A stretch of 64,000 bases of DNA from an uncultured Catenibacterium sp. GTDB taxonomy: Bacteria; Bacillota_I; Bacilli_A; Erysipelotrichales; Coprobacillaceae. The notes beneath the pieces were generated by a model that was given only the letters and a program-made list of their open reading frames with translations, ran no database searches and was not told the origin of the DNA. The translations under genes and the position numbers were made by a program. Shown in pieces: positions 60,049 through 64,000 of this stretch. Positions within the stretch are counted from its first letter, which is position 1. The number at the start of each line of letters is the position of its first letter. Where the stretch lies: positions 4,967 to 68,966 of the forward strand of contig NZ_UQGV01000001.1 in NCBI RefSeq assembly GCF_900540665.1, in the 5' to 3' direction.

Positions 60049-61685
60049 CTAGAATCCTCCACTTTCTCTAGTTCATCATAGAAAGAATCATCAGGATCAA
60101 TATAAATTGTCTTATAATGCCCTAAAAGAACTAAACCTGGCTTATTTGTATGAGGTTTTTTCAAGTTCTTCACTAAACAATAATTCACAGGAACACTTGA
60201 ACTATATTTCCCCTTAGAGAAATATGCCGCAATATTTGCCGCAAGTCTCATAGTATACTCATCAAGATTTTCTGCATGCACAATAATATGAGAACCAGGC
60301 ATATCTTTTACATGGAACCACATATCATTACGTGATGCCATCTTGAATGTTAGATAATCATTCTGCAGGTTATTCTTACCAACATAGATAATAATACCAT
60401 CACGAGTACGATAGACATCATAATGAGGATGTGTTTTCTTTTTTAACTTCTTCACATTCTTCTTACGGATATAGCCCATGTTTTCAAGCTCTTCCTTGAT
60501 TTCCATGGCATCATAATAATCCGCATTATCCATCAAGGTATTCAAAGTATCAAAATAATTGATTTCTTCTTTCGTCTTTTCAATCTGTTCCTCTAGAACC
60601 TTTAAGGAATTCTTTGCTTTCTGATACTTATTATAATAATGGTTGGCGTTTGTTTTTCCATCAAAACGCTCATCAAGTTCAATAGTCATCTTTGTCCCAT
60701 CATAATAATTATCTACAGTCACTTCCTTCATCCCTTTTTGAATAAGATGTAAAGAAGCATATAAGAGGTCACCTTTAATGCGATATTCATCACTATTATG
60801 AGAATCAAATAATGTCTTTTCTAGTTTATCAAGCTTATTCACATTCTTTGTATATTCTTTCTGAATAAAATGAAGAATATCAGAGGTCTGCTGTTTAATA
60901 CGATCCTTCTGATCAATAAACTGATAATAAGCATCTAATCCATCAAAAAGAGAATAGTGATCAATTCTTTTTCCAAAACAGTTTAAAGGAATTACATGAT
61001 ACTTCTCTTTATCACCTCGTGTGATATAGAGTTCTTTACTATTTCGAATTTCATTCATAATAGTTTTAAAATCAGTACCTTGTTCCATTCTCACAGCTAC
61101 TTCTTCAGCTAAGTCCTTGGAGAATCCTTCAAACTCTTTTACAAGCTGAGTTGTCTCTGGGGTATTCTCGAATGGATTCTTCTTATCAAGAAGTGGAGGG
61201 TAGGTATAAGTAATCCCTGGCTGCATAATACGTATACTATCACTTGGAGAAACACGCTTTAAACATTCAAGAATCTTATCTTCTTTATTTGTAAGAATAA
61301 AGTTAGAATGCTTACCCATGATTTCTATATAGAGATGATACTCTACAAGATCTTTAAATTCATTTCTTCCTCTTAAAGTTATCTTTAATATACGATCAAG
61401 TCCCACCTGTTCAATACGCTCAATAAAAGAACCTTCAATATGTTTTCTTAGAAACATAGTTAAAGCGTTAGGAAAATCAGGTGTAGGATAATTCAACTGT
61501 GTTAACTGAACACGTGCATACATTGGATGAATAGAAACAAGAAGTTTTTTATTTTCATTCTGCGCACGTACAGTCATTAATAATTCGTATTTCGATATCT
61601 GATATAATTTTGAAATACGTCCTGTCACGATTGTTTCATTTAATAATTCTGTAACACGTGACAATACAATTCCATCAAATGCCAT
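60045..61685 (-). CDS. rqcH: ribosome quality control protein RqcH (NFACT/FbpA family)
   Basis: NFACT-N N-terminus (FDGIVLSRVTELLNE...), a coiled-coil middle region and a C-terminal NFACT-R domain. RBS gggtga precedes MAFDG. Confidence 0.8.
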   Translation of the reverse strand: MAFDGIVLSRVTELLNETIVTGRISKLYQISKYELLMTVRAQNENKKLLVSIHPMYARVQLTQLNYPTPDFPNALTMFLRKHIEGSFIERIEQVGLDRILKITLRGRNEFKDLVEYHLYIEIMGKHSNFILTNKEDKILECLKRVSPSDSIRIMQPGITYTYPPLLDKKNPFENTPETTQLVKEFEGFSKDLAEEVAVRMEQGTDFKTIMNEIRNSKELYITRGDKEKYHVIPLNCFGKRIDHYSLFDGLDAYYQFIDQKDRIKQQTSDILHFIQKEYTKNVNKLDKLEKTLFDSHNSDEYRIKGDLLYASLHLIQKGMKEVTVDNYYDGTKMTIELDERFDGKTNANHYYNKYQKAKNSLKVLEEQIEKTKEEINYFDTLNTLMDNADYYDAMEIKEELENMGYIRKKNVKKLKKKTHPHYDVYRTRDGIIIYVGKNNLQNDYLTFKMASRNDMWFHVKDMPGSHIIVHAENLDEYTMRLAANIAAYFSKGKYSSSVPVNYCLVKNLKKPHTNKPGLVLLGHYKTIYIDPDDSFYDELEKVEDSR

Positions 61686-61776
61686 ATTCATCACCCGACT
61701 TAGTATAACACATTTAAAAGTGTTTGACATCACTGTTTTATTCATGTAGGATTACTTAAAAAGGGGATGTAGATAA

Positions 61777-62340
61777 GTGAAAAGAGGCCTTCTAATTATC
61801 CTGAGTGGACCTAGCGGCGTAGGCAAAGGAACAGTCAGAGAACAACTATTTAAAGAAGAATCATTAAACCTTGCATATTCAATTTCAATGACTACACGAT
61901 ATAAGAGACCTGGCGAAAGAGAAGGAATCGATTATTTCTTTGTAGATGTTGATACATTCAAACAAAAGATTGAGCAGGGTGAATTACTGGAATACGCACA
62001 GTTTGTAGGTAATTACTATGGAACACCTAAAGCCTATGTAGATCAGCTACTAGATGAAGGTAAGAATGTTGTGCTAGAAATCGAAGTACAGGGTGCACTT
62101 CAGGTTATGAAGAAAGTACCAGATGCACTTACAATTTTCTTAGTACCACCTTCAATGGAAGAATTAGAAAAACGTATTCGTGGACGTAGAACAGAAGCTG
62201 AAGATGTTATTAAAGAACGTCTTGATAAAGCAAGAAGAGAAATTGCGACAAAAGATCAGTATAAGCATGTAGTGGTGAATGATGATGTTATGCGTGCTAA
62301 AGATGATATTGTCAAGATTATCGAAGAGAACATGAAGTAG
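61777..62340 (+). CDS. gmk: guanylate kinase
   Basis: P-loop GPSGVGKGT and the GMP-binding motifs. GTG start. Confidence 0.9.
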   Translation: MKRGLLIILSGPSGVGKGTVREQLFKEESLNLAYSISMTTRYKRPGEREGIDYFFVDVDTFKQKIEQGELLEYAQFVGNYYGTPKAYVDQLLDEGKNVVLEIEVQGALQVMKKVPDALTIFLVPPSMEELEKRIRGRRTEAEDVIKERLDKARREIATKDQYKHVVVNDDVMRAKDDIVKIIEENMK

Positions 62341-62378
62341 CCATCTGGCTGCTTTTTCTTTTTTACGGAGGTGATTTT

Positions 62379-64000
62379 ATGTTCAAGGTAGAAGTATTAG
62401 TAGAACATCCTGTTCAGGCATTAGATCGTGGCTTTTCTTATTTATCTAAGAAGCCGATTCTTACAGGAATCCGTGTACAGGTTCCATTTAATCATCGTCA
62501 GGTGGTTGGTTATGTCTTATCAGTTGAAGAAGTTCAACTAACGCAAAAAGAACTAGAAGAAAGAGATGGCTTTAAATACTCTTATATTCATTCTGTCATA
62601 GATGAAGCACCACTTTTAAATAATGAATTAATTACACTAGCCCATCGTATGTCCAAGATGACACTTTGCCCACTGATTGCCTGCTTTCAGGCAATGCTGC
62701 CAGGTACTTTAAAACCCTCTACACATAAAATGGTCGGTATTAAGACGAGACAATGTGTAAGAGTAATCAATACAGGAACACCTAAAACAGTGAAACAGAA
62801 GGAATGTTTCCGTATGCTTTTAGATCACGGAGAAATGTTTCTTAAGGATATCCCTTATTCTAGAAGTGTCATCTCATCTCTTGAGAATCAAGGATTAATA
62901 GAGATTTATAATAAAGAAGTACAGCGTAATCCTTATACAGGAAATGATTTAAAAGTCAATAATGAAATTACTTTAACTCCACTTCAAAAAAGTGTTGTGA
63001 GTGGAATTCTTCATACCTCTCAGACTATTTCTCTTATTCATGGAGTTACAGGATCAGGTAAGACAGAAGTCTATATTGCGCTGACTAAAAAGATGTTAGA
63101 AAAGAATAAAACAGTACTTATGCTTGTGCCAGAAATATCCTTGACACCGATGATGGAACGTATTTTTAAAGAACGTTTTCATGACGAAGTGGCAATCATT
63201 CATTCTCGTTTATCACAAGGAGAAAAATATGATGAATATCGTCGTATAAAAAAGGGTGAAGCCCGTATTGTAGTAGGAGCGCGTTCTGCAATCTTTGCGC
63301 CAGTTGAGAATCTAGGACTCATCATTATGGATGAAGAACACGATATGAGCTATAAGCAGGACAATACACCACGCTATCATACATTATCTATTGCGAAGAT
63401 GCGTGCAGAGAAAAATAATGCGAAGATTATCCTAGGTAGTGCGACACCATCTGTAGAAACATATGCGAGAGCACAAATTGGAATCTATGGCTTATTTGAG
63501 ATGAAAGAAAGAATTAATGGTAAACCATTACCTTATTGCGAAGTGGTTGATATGGGCAATGAAGCACGTCAGGGGAACTATTCACTTTTATCTCAAAGAA
63601 TGCAGCAGCGACTAAAAGAGACTCTGAATAAGGGAGAACAGGCGATGATTCTTTTAAATAAGAGAGGCTATGCGTCTTTTATTAAATGTGAATCGTGTGG
63701 TGAACCGATCCGCTGTCCACATTGTGATGTGACACTTACTTATCATAAAGCAGAAAACAGATTAAAATGTCATTTATGTGAATATTTCACTTCTGTACCT
63801 CAAGTCTGTCCTGAATGTGGTAGTACACATCTTAAAAAGATAGGGTATGGTACACAGAAAATAGAAGAAGAATTAGAAAAGAAATATCCAGACGCACGTA
63901 TTATTCGCTTTGACTTTGATACAACCCGTAATAAGAATACACATTTAAAATTACTTAAAGATTTTGAAGAACATAAAGCAGATATTATGCTTGGTACACA
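62379..64000 (+). CDS. priA: primosomal protein N' (PriA helicase), 5'-partial within the window
   Basis: N-terminal 3'-DNA-binding domain, helicase motifs (GVTGSGKTEVY, DEEHD) and a Cys-rich zinc-binding region (CESCGEPIRCPHCD...C..C). The ORF runs off the end of the window. Confidence 0.9.
   Translation, partial: MFKVEVLVEHPVQALDRGFSYLSKKPILTGIRVQVPFNHRQVVGYVLSVEEVQLTQKELEERDGFKYSYIHSVIDEAPLLNNELITLAHRMSKMTLCPLIACFQAMLPGTLKPSTHKMVGIKTRQCVRVINTGTPKTVKQKECFRMLLDHGEMFLKDIPYSRSVISSLENQGLIEIYNKEVQRNPYTGNDLKVNNEITLTPLQKSVVSGILHTSQTISLIHGVTGSGKTEVYIALTKKMLEKNKTVLMLVPEISLTPMMERIFKERFHDEVAIIHSRLSQGEKYDEYRRIKKGEARIVVGARSAIFAPVENLGLIIMDEEHDMSYKQDNTPRYHTLSIAKMRAEKNNAKIILGSATPSVETYARAQIGIYGLFEMKERINGKPLPYCEVVDMGNEARQGNYSLLSQRMQQRLKETLNKGEQAMILLNKRGYASFIKCESCGEPIRCPHCDVTLTYHKAENRLKCHLCEYFTSVPQVCPECGSTHLKKIGYGTQKIEEELEKKYPDARIIRFDFDTTRNKNTHLKLLKDFEEHKADIMLGT

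Overview
This 64 kb window looks like chromosomal DNA from a low-GC Firmicute, with tight gene packing and Bacilli/Erysipelotrichia-like gene order (hisZ plus a short-form hisG; cdaA-cdaR-glmM; gmk-priA). Most of it is housekeeping and transport:

- an AEC permease and a TetR regulator
- a nearly complete histidine operon (hisZ-G-D-B-H-A-F-IE, then murE, then a PHP-type histidinol phosphatase)
- a CDF transporter, a galactokinase-family GHMP kinase, mgtE, crcB and enolase
- a GntR/ABC module and a GH1 glycosidase
- tRNA-Trp and an HPr paralog
- a split Fe-S hydro-lyase (fumarate/tartrate type) flanked by two RpiR regulators
- hup, and the cdaA-cdaR-glmM c-di-AMP module
- a two-component system, deoD and alr
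- the livJHMGF branched-chain amino acid ABC operon
- an NlpC/P60 hydrolase, nnr, pgeF, rqcH, gmk and the 5' part of priA

Several small accessory or unusual pieces sit between these:

- An 18-codon leader ORF with four consecutive His codons followed by an intrinsic terminator immediately upstream of hisZ, which looks like a ribosome-mediated his attenuator.
- A relic of group II intron domains V/VI next to a ParE/Phd toxin-antitoxin pair.
- An oleate-hydratase homolog with a degenerate FAD-binding motif.
- A Crh-like HPr with Tyr in place of the catalytic His15.
- A HigB toxin paired with a HigA antitoxin fused to an ImmA/IrrE zinc peptidase, bracketed by two near-identical terminator hairpins.
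- An orphan small serine recombinase beside an ~850 bp non-coding island that carries two diverged GGCTTG-loop hairpin repeats.
- Two tandem, frame-overlapping CxxC lipoprotein paralogs.
- Several perfect palindromes and direct repeats that are likely operator sites.

No CRISPR array, rRNA or intact transposon is visible. All calls rest on reading the sequence and recalling motifs; no searches or RNA folding were run.
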